Source: Marsupella aquatica
Lineage: Eukaryota; Plantae; Marchantiophyta
Length of the DNA stretch: 64,000 nt
Assembly: GCA_973895155.1 (NCBI GenBank)
Contig: OZ316894.1
Location: 6,968,234-7,032,233, forward strand
Direction of reading: 5' to 3'
Shown here: in pieces, positions 51,096-64,000 of the stretch
Position numbering within the stretch: position 1 is the first letter of the stretch
How the letters are laid out: the number at the start of each line of letters is the position of its first letter
Notes under the pieces: generated by a model
Database searches by the model: none
The model's input: only the letters and a program-made list of their open reading frames with translations
What the model was told of the DNA's origin: nothing
Position numbers and translations under genes: made by a program

Positions 51096-51731
51096 GACAA
51101 TAATTGACGATGACAAAGTGAGTTACAAAGCGAGTGACAGAGTGAGTTACAGTAACAGAAAATGATTAACATTGTAAACTCATAGAAGTTATTTACTTAA
51201 TACGAGAAATCCCTAATCTGGATGAACACTGTAATTCCTGCCATAATCATGCACATTGTAATAAAACACTACTCTAAGACATGTAAATTGTGGCAAGGGA
51301 AGTACCTAATTCTTTGTTTGCGCCATAAACCCTGTCACCTGCAAGTGATTTCATGCAACCATAGTACGTGCTTAGTAAAATTCAGGAAATGAATAACAAT
51401 GTACGTTCCAGTTATTCAATTTTGCATGGAGTCGAACAATGATGGTATACAGTTCCAGGCAAATACATATGTGCCAGACAATTGATTCATGGCAAAACCG
51501 AGTGAGTTCTAGGCTTACAATAAAATGTAAGGAATGCAGCAAAAGCGGATGAAAGGAACGGTGAACAGTATGCAGGACACCATGTTTGAGATAAATATTT
51601 GTATGCTGCAAATAGGTATACAATAGTCCTGCCACTTGAACAATGAGTGTTCATTCAGGAGCTTGCCAGAGACAAAGTTCCTTCGAAAAGGAAGTTCCTT
51701 CCAAAACGACTAAGTTAATCAAACGCTAAAC

Positions 51732-52643
51732 TCATTCTAGAACTACCGGTTGCGCCCAGAGTACACATCCAATGATGAAAGTTCTGAAAACTTCTGCTAG
51801 GCGTCGGACAATGGATGACATTGTGCCTTGGGTTTCTGAAAAGTCATCATCGTCACCGCCTTCCTCCTGTACCGCCTGTGAGGAGTCTCCTGTGGTTGAA
51901 GTCAGTGTGGTGCGCGATGTTGCCTGGGTTTTGCTTATAGGTGATTGTGCGATCACCATGGATGGGTAACTGTTGTTTTTTGTTGCAGGGGAGGAATATA
52001 CAACTCCCGAAGCAAGTGGAACAAAGCTGGGGCCATTGGAACATGGTAAACGTGGAGGGTGTGCCCTGCGTGGAGCTCTGGAGCTGAGTGGTGTCACAGG
52101 CACTGTAGGGGTTTGATTTTGAGTCCAAAGACAGGATTGTGGCAGGGTACTGGTTGATGCTACAAGGTCCAACTCATTGATGGACAGTATACCACGATTC
52201 ATCCAAAAAACAACATTGCAAAGGGGCGCACCCTTCACCGCATCATGGATTAACTGGAACTGATCCAGTGGATCCATACAGGCTAATGTAGTTGCGGACA
52301 GGCCCAACAAATTTTGTGCTACATCCCAAATAGCGGCCCGCAAAGCTGGCTTCCCGTAGTCTAGTGAACCATCGGTTAACAACAACTCGAACTGGAAGAA
52401 CTCGCTATATGTCCCATTCTGCAATGCATCATGCTCGCAATGCTTCTGCCTTGGACCTTCTATTGAAATTTTGCACTTGAACCCTCTTGGAATGACCTCT
52501 GTACAACCTCAATATAGGAACTTTTTTGGAAAAGGATTTGGGGCAATGAAATTGAAAACAACGACACTACATGGACCTATGTACTACCCTGTCTCCTCCC
52601 TCATCACAGCTGCTTGCACATCAAACAGAGTTGGCATCGACAT
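51732..52643 (-). pseudogene. RPA1 C-terminal-like OB-fold/Zn-ribbon protein (MULE cargo)
   Basis: Hand translation from ATG 52643: ...FLY*GCTEVIPRGFKC...KHCEH...FQFELLLTDGS...AAIWDVAQNLLGLSATTL, matching the Rep_fac-A_C pattern; two in-frame stops. Confidence 0.6.
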
Positions 52644-53338
52644 TGAATTTCTCTTACCGGTTCGTGCTATGAACCCTTCAGATGAGACTTGAAAATGCCT
52701 AGTTCTTTGCGCAATTCAGACAGCGTTTAAGTGAATACTAACTCACCCTGCAAAAATACCTGAACATTGGAAGCGCATCGTGAGGGAATGGTTTGTAATG
52801 CAAACACTAACCAGATGCGCATGGACCTCGAATGTCGGCTGCCAAAACGTTGATTTGCAGAGTATGCAATAGGGCTTGCACTATATCCTCAAAAAGGGTC
52901 GCGCGGGAAGGAATGTTCTGGACTCCAATTGCCTTCTTAGGTATTGCATCCCTTCAACTCGTACCCCTGGAATACAGTCCCTTTTGCATACATCGTGACG
53001 GAGTGTAAATCCAGGCGACCCGAGAGGGGGATTTAGCGTCAGTGCAATCGGGGGTGCGGGCTCGGGACGGGTTTTCATTTCAATAGGGACAGTTTGGGGC
53101 ATGCTTTGGGGACAGGTGCGGGAGTGCCATGGCAGATAAAGGACATGCTGCCCGAATAGTGTACGGACTGCCCAAAACGTGAAGTGATGTAACCGCGACA
53201 TTCGACACTGTAATACCCTGTAAACCCTCCCTCTCGCCTCATTAATGTGCATCGATATTTGGAATCGCGCTGAATATCAATATTGTCGTCTCATAAACAG
53301 ACAAGCCTGCAGCGAATTTGGAGAGCTGTCTAAGAACA

Positions 53339-53525
53339 GTAGCTCAAGCTGCGTCTCGTCCCAGGAGCTCTGCTGCGCTTCCCTTCCCTTTTCCTTTTAT
53401 TGTCTTTGGGGCGCTTGTCCAAGTACAATAGCTCAAGCTGCGTCTCATCCTAGGAGCTCTGCTGCTCTTCCTTTCCCTTCCCTTCCCTTTTCCTTTTATT
53501 GGGATGCTTTGTCTTTGGGACCCTA
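53339..53525. repeat. ~90 bp imperfect tandem duplication, pyrimidine-rich
   Basis: TAGCTCAAGCTGCGTCTC.TCC.AGGAGCTCTGCTGC...CCTTCCCTTTTCCTTTTATT occurs twice. Confidence 0.7.
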
Positions 53526-54853
53526 TCTCCAGGATTGGCGTTGTTGTTTTGTTTGCACTGCTATATATATTAGGGACTCTTTTTTTCTCGACTAAGGATT
53601 TTTCCTTGCTTTCTTTCTTTTTGGTATCCTGCCTATTGGTTCCTCCTGTGTCCCTGTTTGGTGGTACTTTAGCCCCTTCGTCTCTTCACTTGGGGATTTG
53701 GCGCTTTTGTTTTGTGCGAACAAGCTTTTCTTTTTTCCTTTCCTCCTTCCCTTTATTGGGTCTCCTGGCTTTTGGTCGGTTCAGGTTTGGCCTTTTGGTT
53801 CTTTGGTAACGTTATATAATTATATCTTTGTCTAGTGTTTTCTTTGTATTGCACTAGTATGAAGGGTGGTCAATGCCCCTTCATCTTTGCCCCCATCTGT
53901 GTTGTTGGTATTCACTCAATGCTATCTTTCTTAGTTTGGTCTTTATCTACAGTAGAGTTACGGTCTTCTAGAGGCTTCACTCTATAAATCTAGACCCCAA
54001 TTCTAGCTTATGTTTGCAATTTATAAGTACAATTTCAAGGAATCATGTTCAAATTTCAAGGCCAAGAAGGCTCTGACTAAGCTATGATAACATATTAGGT
54101 TGAAACTTATAGTCAAGCCAATGCAACCCAACAATAAATTCTACTCCGGCCTCTACTCAAGTGAGGTCTTCTATTATAGGAATTAAGGACAAAACAGACT
54201 GACTTTGAAGACAACTAAAAACAGCTGCTGTACTGAAGGTAGTATGCTCAATACAATCTTGGAGGCCGTTGGACCATCTGGGAGTGATCCTCTGAGCTCC
54301 TGGATAACCTCCAAGGTTGTTGCACCATTGGTTATGCAAATTTCACCAAGAGGGTTACTTTTTGACTCAGCAATGACTCAACAAATGAGTCAGAGTCAAG
54401 AGACATATTGAGCATATGGAGGTCTGTAGGAACATCAAAATACTGTTGAGCTTGGGCACATTGCGCGGGACATTGCGTTATGGAATGGCTGTAAGTTCAA
54501 ATTTTCAGGAGTTCTCAAATGTCATGCAAGTGGCAAAAGTAGTTTCCTTGGAGACTGGCAGTGCCAAGTTTGAATTTTTGTCTGAAATTTTGACACACAC
54601 ATGTATATGCACCATGACTTACCATTGTGTGAGTGTGTATCCTCTCTATAGACATATATCAACCTTCCCAGTCTTTTTCAAACTGCTCATGGAGTTTCTC
54701 GGAAATCTGGTCTTAAGTTTTAACACTACATTAAGTGCACTATTATGCCACCTTCCATCCCATAGCCAAGAGGGCAATAGCCCTCCAACCTCCAGCCTAT
54801 AACCCCATGTATAACGAACCACCCTCCAGCCCATTGTCATCCACCCTCTAGTC

Positions 54854-55015
54854 TGTTCAACAAAGACAACTTTTGCAACGGCATGCCCTTGTCCCTATCC
54901 ATGTCCGAACATCCAACAAACAAGTAGTTGACACCAATAGATAAGTGGTTCAATTGTGACCTCAAATGAAACTATGTACATGGGAACAAACAAGAGCTTT
55001 ACTGTAATCTACAGT
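54854..55015 (-). mobile_element. Diverged copia LTR fragment (R/U5 part); far boundary not resolved
   Basis: Reverse complement reads CAGTAAAGCTCTTGTTTGTTCCC...GAACCACTTATC...GTTGGATG...GCATGCCGTTGCAAAAGTTGTCTTTGTTGAACA, similar to the 3' ends of the other LTRs. Confidence 0.6.
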
Positions 55016-58000
55016 AGGCTATGAGTCGTGTACATACACATCACTACATAACATACATCGCATCACAGAGTCACATCCAATCATAGGCACAAGCAAACAT
55101 AAGAGAATGAGATACAAGTGAAACTCATGTCCACAGATGTCCAAAACACACAAGAATCAACAAGAATCAAACTCATATCGGTGTTCGGCATAATTGCAAT
55201 ACCCAGACTGACACGTCCCAATTCTGAAGATATATTACAGTGAATTATACCAGGCCTCACTAGTGTAGACTCTTGCTATATCTGCCTATATACCGGCCTA
55301 GCTAGCAGTTATAGATTTTGCAATACTTGCTAGTTTGCACAGGCTATACCTTCATATATCAAGGGATGTATAAAGTATGCCATACAGGTATTGGTATACA
55401 AAAATTCAAGACAAAAGAAACTTAGTTAGTATAAGGGTTTTGGGAGGGTGCAGGGCGAGGCGCCTCTCTCCCTAGCTTTGCTTTAATTGCTTATCTTGGC
55501 TTGGCAATATACAGAGGCAGTGGCACACGACTATATGTACATGGCAGCTTGCCTTTGTTGGTCTGGCAGCTTGTCATCTTGCTTTCCAGCTAATTATGTG
55601 CTAACTAATAATAGACAATTAATACACTTCAACTTCAGTTTCATATATATCTGAAGAGGTGCATCTCTTTCCCAACAGACACCGTGCATTATCAACTATC
55701 TCACTAGCCTATCTGAAGAGATCATCCAATGAAGATTATTCCCAATCCATGGACAACGTTGGATTCTCTGTGTCATTGGCATTTCAATGGGAGGGTACTC
55801 TTTCATGAGTCAACTTGGGAATTCTCAGTTTAGGGTAACACTAAATTATAGTTTATAGAGTCAATTCAGCTATGACTCTCTGAAACTTTAGAAATAATTG
55901 GAGGGTAAACCTGATCATCACCCTCACTTAAGGTATGTCAAAGTAAGTCAAGACATTGACCAGGTTTGGAATGTAGTCACCACTCTCACATTCATTCTTA
56001 ATACCATGCATGCATGGCCATTGACCATTACTCGTGACAATCCTTTGACTTTTAAGTAGATGTATATTAGATGTTTTATCCCAGGCGAGCTGATTTTAAT
56101 TTCCACATTGGTAGAGCTCTACAGATGTGAGAATCCTAACTACGAGACTCATATTCTGCACAGTTGAAGTTGCTTCAAGTGGGTTTTTAGGGTCATTGGA
56201 GCATTAATTTTTGTTTGAGAAATAAAGCTTGAATGATATATTCTCTTATGACAGACTTGAGTTTAGTATAAAGCTGCCACAACTTCCCAAGATAAATTAT
56301 TCTAGGTCTATATATTCTTATGGCAATGGAGTTCAAGGGAAGTAGAATAATGCCCATAATCATTATGGCATTCTGAAATGGAGGACATTTGCGCAATCTA
56401 AATAGTGTTTGCAAATGGCTTAGGCAAATGAATGGTCCAAAGTTGCCCAGACTACCTATGGCCAAATGCCAATGAAGATTGACTGAAGTTAGGGGACAGC
56501 TGGTTTCTCATCTAAAAGGTAATGTTACAATATTCGCAAAGGATTTTCTCTTATTCTGCCATTGCCCCTAAATGGAGCTTCTTCTTTTGTCCTTATCCCT
56601 TGATTGGCTCCACTCAGTTTAGAGAATATAAAACTAAGCTAGTGTTGAAAAGCAATTTGTTTTCTGTGCAAACATACAAGTCAACACCAGAGCACAAGAT
56701 GGCAATTCATGGAACCGTTCATAACTCTAAATCAAGTCATCATAGTTTTGGTCATTCTCAGTCTTATATAGAATGCTCACATCACAACTTTGTCCCTGTA
56801 CTTTGTTAATCCAGTTCTCTTGTGAAGCCTTGTGCACACCCACTCTTACGCACTTGCCTGGCTAAGAGTCAACATGGATAATCTCAGAGCCCATTTCAAA
56901 AGCCTAGGGCTGGGAAGTAATGAGCTTTTGCCACCAGGCCAAGAGTGTCATGAGAATATATAAAGAGTTTTTCACCATTTTCAGACTTGAAAAGTGTTTC
57001 AGTTCAATAAGCTGATGAGACAAACGTATGACATCAAGATAGGCCAATGTTATGTTTTGGGTTGGTAGTGTTGCTAACAAATTCTTTAATTCCCTGTGAA
57101 GCATAACCATATGACTCAATTATATCATCACTTTGACCAAACTAAATGTGTTGGTATCTATAATTGTAACCAAGTTGAGTAGTTGACAGATATGCATCAC
57201 AAATAATGAGCCAAGGATTCTCAATCAGAAAAGGTTAACTTGAGAGCTATCATTATTGGCCTCACATAACAGTCTAGGCATTGCCATTCTGGTAGCCCTC
57301 CTGGAAGAAGTGTCTTTCAGAACACTTCCTGCCTCATATCGTGGATGGCAGGGGACCACGATAATTAATTATCTAAAAGTGCATAATATGACTGACTTAT
57401 TCATTGAATCATTATCACAATGTACTACGGATAAATCCAGAGCAACAATATTATGCACTTTTCCGATTATAATCTGATATCAAGTTCTCTTGTCTCTATT
57501 AATTTCAGTATTTTCCATCAACATGCTTCAATTCCCCTTTGTTTTCTCCTAACCACAAAGGTGTAACATATACAGAAAGAGAGACTCAGAGAGACTCCAA
57601 AGAATTGCAGTTTTTTCTTATATTAGTGTGGCCATTATTCTAGGATGAAAAGACAATCTGCAAAGCGAGGCTGGGATTGGAGAGATTATTTAGACATGGG
57701 CCAAGGCTCTTCTTTCTGAGGGTGTCTTCAAACTCAAGCTCAAGAACAAATGCTAAAACCTTGGTAGAATGCTTGAGAGAAAATTGTAGAAATAAATTGA
57801 AAAGAGTCTCTTGTAAAATAAACATTTTCTAGAAATACCAGTGAGAAAGTTCTTGAGTTTCTCTTCCGGTCTGGACCAACAAGGATACCAGAAGAAATCA
57901 AGAAAAATCATTGAAACTAAGGTAGGGCTTCCTTAACTGGGAATTACTTTGCGAGTTGACCTCAGGACAAAGTGGGAAATCAAATTATTTCATCTGCACA

Positions 58001-58809
58001 AATGTAGAATGTGAAGTTTGAGAGCAATCTATTTAATCTAAGAGCAAAGCAAGAAAGAGACAGTTATCAAAATCTGCATTCTACTTTTTAATTGTCATTT
58101 ACATTGTGGCATTCACAGTTGCCACAATGTAAATCATGAACATACTTTGCCTTCTTCATTTTTCATTTAATTACTATGTTCCCACTTTTCAATTGTCAGT
58201 TAAATTAGCAAGTAGTTCTGGTTAGCTTGGAATGACGGAATGGAAGATTCACGATTTTCTTGTTTTCTCTCTCCTCTTAGATTTGGATTGGCATTGTAGT
58301 AAAATGTTCCTGCCATTTGAGGATAAGGCAAGGAATGAGAATAGCCTAAATAGAGTTTGAAATACCCACGTAACATTCCCAGATTTTAGTATTCAAGAAT
58401 TGAACCCTTTGAAATGTTGTCCTCAACACATATTTCAAACTGACAGTAAAACCTGGTTGCACGGTTGATTGGTAATTGAACATGTCCAACTTGTTGATTT
58501 GTCAATACTTTGTATCTAAAGTACATTTGGCTGCAGTTGCAGGTTTCCAACAACAAATATTCACAAAAATATGTCTAGATCTTGCAAGCTAGTAAATATA
58601 ATCATTTAAAGGAACTATTAAGAAGTTTGATGAAAATTTTAATAATAAGGTTTGTGCAAATGAATTGTTTGAACCTGAAATTTATGTGCATCTCACACCA
58701 GTCTAATGTCTGTGTCTGTCATCCACATGGAGTTACTCTCGTTTTTTATCATGACATGGTATATTCAATTTTACTTGAGGTTTCCAAGCTATGTGTAGGA
58801 ACAAAAATC

Positions 58810-60006
58810 ATGGAAGAGCCAGCAAAACTTGAGGAACCATTTAAGCCTAGTCCCGAGTCAGTGAACGTTGGCCCCCAAGTGTCACCAGAATCAAGCACCA
58901 CCAATGCCCCGAATGAATCTCCCATAATTGAAGATGCATCTCACAATGCCACACATCCTCCTGGATCTGAAACTATCTCTCTAGACACTCCCAAACAATG
59001 TGGATCTGGTGCTGATTGCCAAGATTCAAAGGTTGATAAGTCTCTTGACGGGGGTGGTCAATCTATAGATCATCCCCCTATAGATGCTGCCATACCATCC
59101 CAATCAGGTTGTGAGTTAGGTGCTGTGCAAGTTGCTCAATCAAATGCTACCATGGATTCTCCTAGTTGTCCCCGACCATTAGAAGCTTGCCCTATTGAGT
59201 CATTAGAACCTTCCAAGTCCGGACCGGATGCTGAGACTTTAAGTTCCACCAAGCCTATCAAGGTAGGGGTTGAGTCCCACGAGCCTTTGGAGATATTAAG
59301 GATTGAGGCCCGCAAGCCTACAGAGACAGAGACTGAGTCCCCCATGTCTTCCCAGCATTCTGCAGAATTAGGCAGTGAATCCCCCAAAGCTTCCACATTG
59401 ACTTCAGAATCAGGAGTTGAATCCCCCAAATCCCCTTATCCTTTGGAGTCTAGTCCTGAGTCCCCCAAATCGATTGCTTCCAACGAGTCCGGAGAATCTG
59501 CTGCATCAGAATCTAGCCAATCTCAGAAATCTGGATCATCTTCCGATTTTGTACGGAGGAAGTCAAAGTTGATGGAAAGCTACTCCATCAGAAGGCCATC
59601 CAAATTGAACCAGTTAGAAACCCAGCTTGAACTTGTTGCAAGTGAGAGAGAGAAGGACATAATTGTGAAACAAGAATACAAGGTGCAGGAGGAATCCCTT
59701 AAGGAGAAACGGGAGTCGATCATTAAAGAAATGCATAAGGAGGAGAGAAAAGCAAAAATGGAGAAGAAAGCATCATTTAGGGCAGGGACAAGTTTAAGGG
59801 TTGATTTGAATGCCTCAAGGAGAGATTCAAGGAAAGATGATCTAAATAGGAAAAAGGAGGAAGATGAGAGAAATAAACAACTCATTTTGCAGAGGGCTAG
59901 AGATGAGAAAAATCTTCGAAAGTCTATTTATCAGAGCAGTAGCAAGACTCCTTCCGCGGCTTCTTCACAAAGTTCTCCTAGCCCACCACCAGAACAGAAA
60001 GATTAG
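58810..60006 (+). CDS. Ser/Pro/Glu-rich disordered protein with charged coiled-coil C-terminus
   Basis: ~400-codon open frame from ATG 58810 (MEEPAKLEEP), ESPK repeats, E/K/R-rich helix; may have upstream exons. Confidence 0.7.
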   Translation: MEEPAKLEEPFKPSPESVNVGPQVSPESSTTNAPNESPIIEDASHNATHPPGSETISLDTPKQCGSGADCQDSKVDKSLDGGGQSIDHPPIDAAIPSQSGCELGAVQVAQSNATMDSPSCPRPLEACPIESLEPSKSGPDAETLSSTKPIKVGVESHEPLEILRIEARKPTETETESPMSSQHSAELGSESPKASTLTSESGVESPKSPYPLESSPESPKSIASNESGESAASESSQSQKSGSSSDFVRRKSKLMESYSIRRPSKLNQLETQLELVASEREKDIIVKQEYKVQEESLKEKRESIIKEMHKEERKAKMEKKASFRAGTSLRVDLNASRRDSRKDDLNRKKEEDERNKQLILQRARDEKNLRKSIYQSSSKTPSAASSQSSPSPPPEQKD

Positions 60007-61703
60007 CAACTTACTGGAATAAATAGTGTGGGTGTCTTGCATTGTTTTTATAACTTGAAATCAATATCAGCTAGGTATTGAAGTGCGTACAGATGCATTT
60101 TCAGGGCAACCAGTCATAAGCCTGAAAAGTGGCATCTGGTGTATTTAATTTATTCATTATCAAACACGTCAATCCAAAATGCAAAACCCACATCAAGAGG
60201 AAATTTGAATTAAAGAGGTGAATTTAGTGAAGACTAGGTAAGAATGCGGCAAATGCTAATGTCAAACAATTTTTTTTCCATATTAAAAAATTAAAAAATA
60301 TATTCATGTTATAGATATCAGTATCCTGTTCAAGTTTTGCTAGAATTTAACATTTTGCAATATTACGAACATTATGGTAAGTGTATTCAAGTTAATTATA
60401 TAGGAAGCTATTACGATTATGCATAGTTAGCTCTGCAAGGTATTATTTATTAAATTTTATCCCTATTTAAAGACATTTAAGCCTACATTCAAAGCGAGAA
60501 GAAACAACCTTGCATTAACCACCAGAAAATTTCTAAGAAATCTTACTAAACTGGATTCCAAATTGTCACTTGCCTTGAAAATGAGATCTGGTTAAGGATT
60601 GTCAAGGTTTAATCATAGTAGTTGACGCTTTCAAACTGAGATAAAAATCATGAGGAACCAACGATCACACATAATTATATTCAAGCAATTTACATAACAC
60701 GTTCGTCAGAAATAGTTATCTTTAATTTCCATTCTCATACACTAGAATGAAAATGGTAATTAATTTGTAGTTACAACTCCTTGCTGGCGTTATAAGCTTG
60801 TGATTTCTTGCAGTGGGGTGGAAAGCCACGTGAGCTGGCATGATTGTCAATGGTTGAAATGATTACACAATCTCATAGGATCTCTTAAGTGATCATAAGC
60901 TAGGCTGGCATTGAGGGTGATATATCGCCATTGATCACTTGTGAACAAGAGCAATGATCTGTGAAATTTGAGCTATATCAAGAGATCATCAAGAGCTGCA
61001 TCAAGAGGATCCTCTACTACTTAGGTCTCAAATTGGAACTCAGGCAATCTGTATCACTCCAGGCAATTAGACACCCAATGGTTGAAATTGAACATCAACA
61101 TATTGAAGGCACCACTGCAGTTCACCCAGGAACTAAGGATAGTTTGTTTTAAGAAGAAACATTTAAATGTCAAGATATAATCTCATACACTACCTTGATC
61201 TCACTAGATGTTGTCTGGACTCTCTAGAAGTCTGTGTTGCAAAACGAGATGTCAACAAGTTGGACGCAAAAGACACACTAGCCCACTTTTGTTCTTGAGC
61301 CTTGTCCTCAAGAATATGTGCTTGCCAAATGCAATAACTAAACAGTGGATGTTCACAGAATGAGATCCATTTGGACGATCAATTGGAAGTGTGCCTCAGA
61401 TCCGGAGCAAGGCAAGACATCATGCCAAAATGCAGATTGTTAGCATGTTTAAATGATCTGATCATGTGACATGCCAAGAAGTTAAGAATTCTTTGATTGT
61501 ATATGATTATGTTGAAGAACAGAAAATTGAATCTTGTGATTTGAACCAATGGTGTGACACATAATCAACCCCATATTCAACAGTTCCATGAAGCTAGAGA
61601 ACTTCAAAGTGGTCACTAATTAGGTCCTCATGACTTGCAAGACAGATTGCACAAAGTGCACCCTATGTGAGATCCATTTTGCAAGAGACTATGGGCTTTG
61701 ACA

Positions 61704-63950
61704 ATGTGGGCACCACATCCTCGGGGGAGGATCATTAGACGTCCTCAGCCTGATTTCTCTCATCGTCGATCACGTATACAACGTAAACCAGCCCCACAAG
61801 TGATTTTAGACTCAGTGCCAGACCCAAGATGCAATTATAAATATTTTGGCATCCATCGATCAGACATCACCGATCATCTCAAGATCATTGTTCCTAGTCA
61901 TGCCTTCCACCCATCTCTTGTAGGAGCACTCCCTCCGCCAGTAAGAGGTAGGGGTCCTTGTTCTGTGAAAGGGAAAAGACGTCCGGAGACTGCCCCAGCA
62001 TCAACTGTATGGTTTGGAAGAACTTGCTCAGATGTATCTGATTGGCTTCGCTACAGACCACCTGCACACTTGGGCTTAGATCCAGACAACAAGCCTCTAC
62101 CATCCTATCCAACTTCATCCTCCCTTGTCACAGATCCTAAGTGGCAAACAAAGGAGTTCCCCGCCTTGCCTAATGTTCTATGGCATTGGTGGAAAGAGCG
62201 CCCTAGCAGTGTACCACTTGCCACAAAACCCCAACAGGTGAAGTTTGATACTCTGGTGGAGGCCTTGAAGGACCGAGTTGTGAGACCCTCGGGGCCTTAT
62301 ACTCCTCCCACCTCAGCTCCTCCTACAACAGCCCCCACCCCAAGGAGTCGGGCACAAACTCCTCGGGATGTGGTCCCAACATCCAATGGAGAAGCACATC
62401 AAAGTAGGGCTCAAACACCTCAATTGCAAGGAGCACAAACTCCTAGGAATCTGGTTGCAACATTCAATGGAGAAGCACATCAAAGTAGGGCTCAAACACC
62501 TCAAATGGAAGGGGCCCAAACCCCTCAAAATGTGGTCCCCACATCCAATGGAGAAACACATCAAAGTAGGGCTCAAACACCTCAAGTGCAAGGGGCACAA
62601 ACTCCTAGGAATGTGGTCCCAACAGCCAATGGAGAAACACATCAAAGCAGGGCTCAAACACCCCGACTGCAAGGCCCTGGAGATCAACTTGATCTAAAGT
62701 CATGGGAGGAATTTCCAATTCGACCTGCTTCAGTATCAAGCTCAACATTTGCTTCTCGCCCGTCTTCAGCAGCTCATGGGGCAACTACAAATCTCCCAAC
62801 ATCTACACCTCGGGGTAAGAGTGGCCCAATAGATGGTTCTCCCAGACTTTCATTAGCTCCAAGACATCACTCTGCTGGAGAGAGTCCAAGATCTCCAAAT
62901 CCTCTTGGTAAGATGGAATGAAATGTCCTTTTTTCATTGACAACAAGATGTGATAACTTTCATTCAATGAATTTGTATAATATCAAACTTGAAGCACTTC
63001 CCCATATGTAGGGTTCAAAAACAGCTACATATTTTTGGTGTCATCATGCAACTAAGTGACTCTGGATCACACAAATATATGCACCAATTAACTAGGCTAG
63101 AACTAGATACTGTAGTCTCGTTTACCCACCCTTACAATGTATGCAGGGCATTGACTTGTGGTGATGATAAGCATCTGTCAATTCCAGGACAAGCAATCTC
63201 CAATTCACAATAAACTGATATAGTTACTTCAACAGATACTTTAGAATTGGATTGCATCAAGATTTTCAGTAATTGTTCAAGTATTTGGTTTTGGTCAATT
63301 TTCCATGAAGTTATTTTGCATGCAATATTATTTCATCTTTCTCATGATTCTTTAATATGATTGTGTTGTCTCAACTAGGATATGGGTGTGAGAACTCTAG
63401 AGACACACCAAGGTCTGGTTATGGTACTAGAGGCGTGGGAACATCAGCACTTTCTTTGGATGTTAGATCACCTCAAGTGGAGGTACAAAACTGTGCATGT
63501 GATCGCACTTCACCATCACAAGTCCCAATCCCAAGGCTCAATTTTCAGGCAACTGGGGAGACCTCACTAACACCAAGTAAGCCATCAACCCCAACAGTTT
63601 CCTGTGGCAAGCCCCCTCCCTCACCCAGACCATCACACCCTAACCCTCCTCATGTCCCTAGACAAGCCATTCCTCGCAAGACTTGTGGGAGGCACCATGC
63701 TGCAGTTCCTTCAGGTCTTTATGTCCAAGGGCAAGGGCATGGGTCCAGCAATAGAGGGGTGGAAAGAAAGACACCTAGGGCAGAGATTGCAAGAGCAAGT
63801 CAAGGATTGACTGTGGACAATATGAGGCGAATGAGCCCAGATTCCTTTGCCACAAAAATAGTTTGGGCAGAGAAACTAAAGACACAGGGACAAGGATTGC
63901 CATGGCCATTTGAGGAGAAGAAAGCAATAAAGACTGTGAAGGTGTTCTAG
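61704..63950 (+). CDS. Pro/Arg/Thr-rich protein with 27-aa repeats (exons 61704-62907, 63379-63950)
   Basis: Long ORFs joined in frame by a phase-1 GT-AG intron (PL G|GYGCEN). Confidence 0.7.
62352..62675 (+). repeat. 4 x 81-bp coding tandem repeat (AQTPRNVVPTSNGExHQSRAQTPQxQG)
   Basis: CATCAAAG at 62397, 62478, 62559 and 62640. Confidence 0.9.
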
Positions 63951-64000
63951 ATAGTGTGATGCAGTGTAGTCTGAGACAAGCTAACGTTCTCGCCATATTG

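Larger units (their letters stand above)
18640..53275 (+). mobile_element. Mutator-like element (MULE), ~9.5 kb once nested inserts are removed
   Basis: TIRs 18640-18948 and 52969-53275 are near-perfect reverse complements; TSD (T)ATCAATAT at 18631-18639 and 53275-53283; encodes a MULE DDE transposase. Confidence 0.92.

Noticed and set aside
55900-57500. Possible highly decayed Ty3/gypsy pol remnant on the minus strand
   Set aside because: Only faint motif echoes, no readable ORF and no LTR pair; cannot be supported without a search.

Overview
Repeat-rich nuclear DNA of a land plant (spliceosomal introns, CYP71-clan P450, Ty1/copia; lineage not determinable, possibly a non-seed plant). Host genes lie at both ends: a small 3-exon gene (1334-2194, -), a two-exon cytochrome P450 (8207-10067, -) and two low-complexity protein genes (58.8-64 kb). 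The middle is a nested transposon stack that can be unpicked by TSDs. A ~9.5 kb MULE (18640-53275, ~308 bp TIRs) has its transposase split by a ~12 kb Sola-like DDD transposon (21661-46819, TSD TGAG), which was itself hit by two full-length copia elements and a MITE. The most striking observation is the cargo of the Sola-like element: an intron-containing gene fusing a ParB/Srx-like domain to a bacterial-style beta-class amino (6mA/4mC) DNA methyltransferase, an F-box-like ORF, and over 20 copies of a 16-bp palindrome (consensus CCGATAAATTTATCGG) almost all in the element's non-coding DNA and introns. This suggests a transposon-encoded self-marking epigenetic system; this copy is pseudogenised. 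Both copia elements also share a UGA at the same gag/pol position. All homology calls are by-eye motif recognition; no database search was run.
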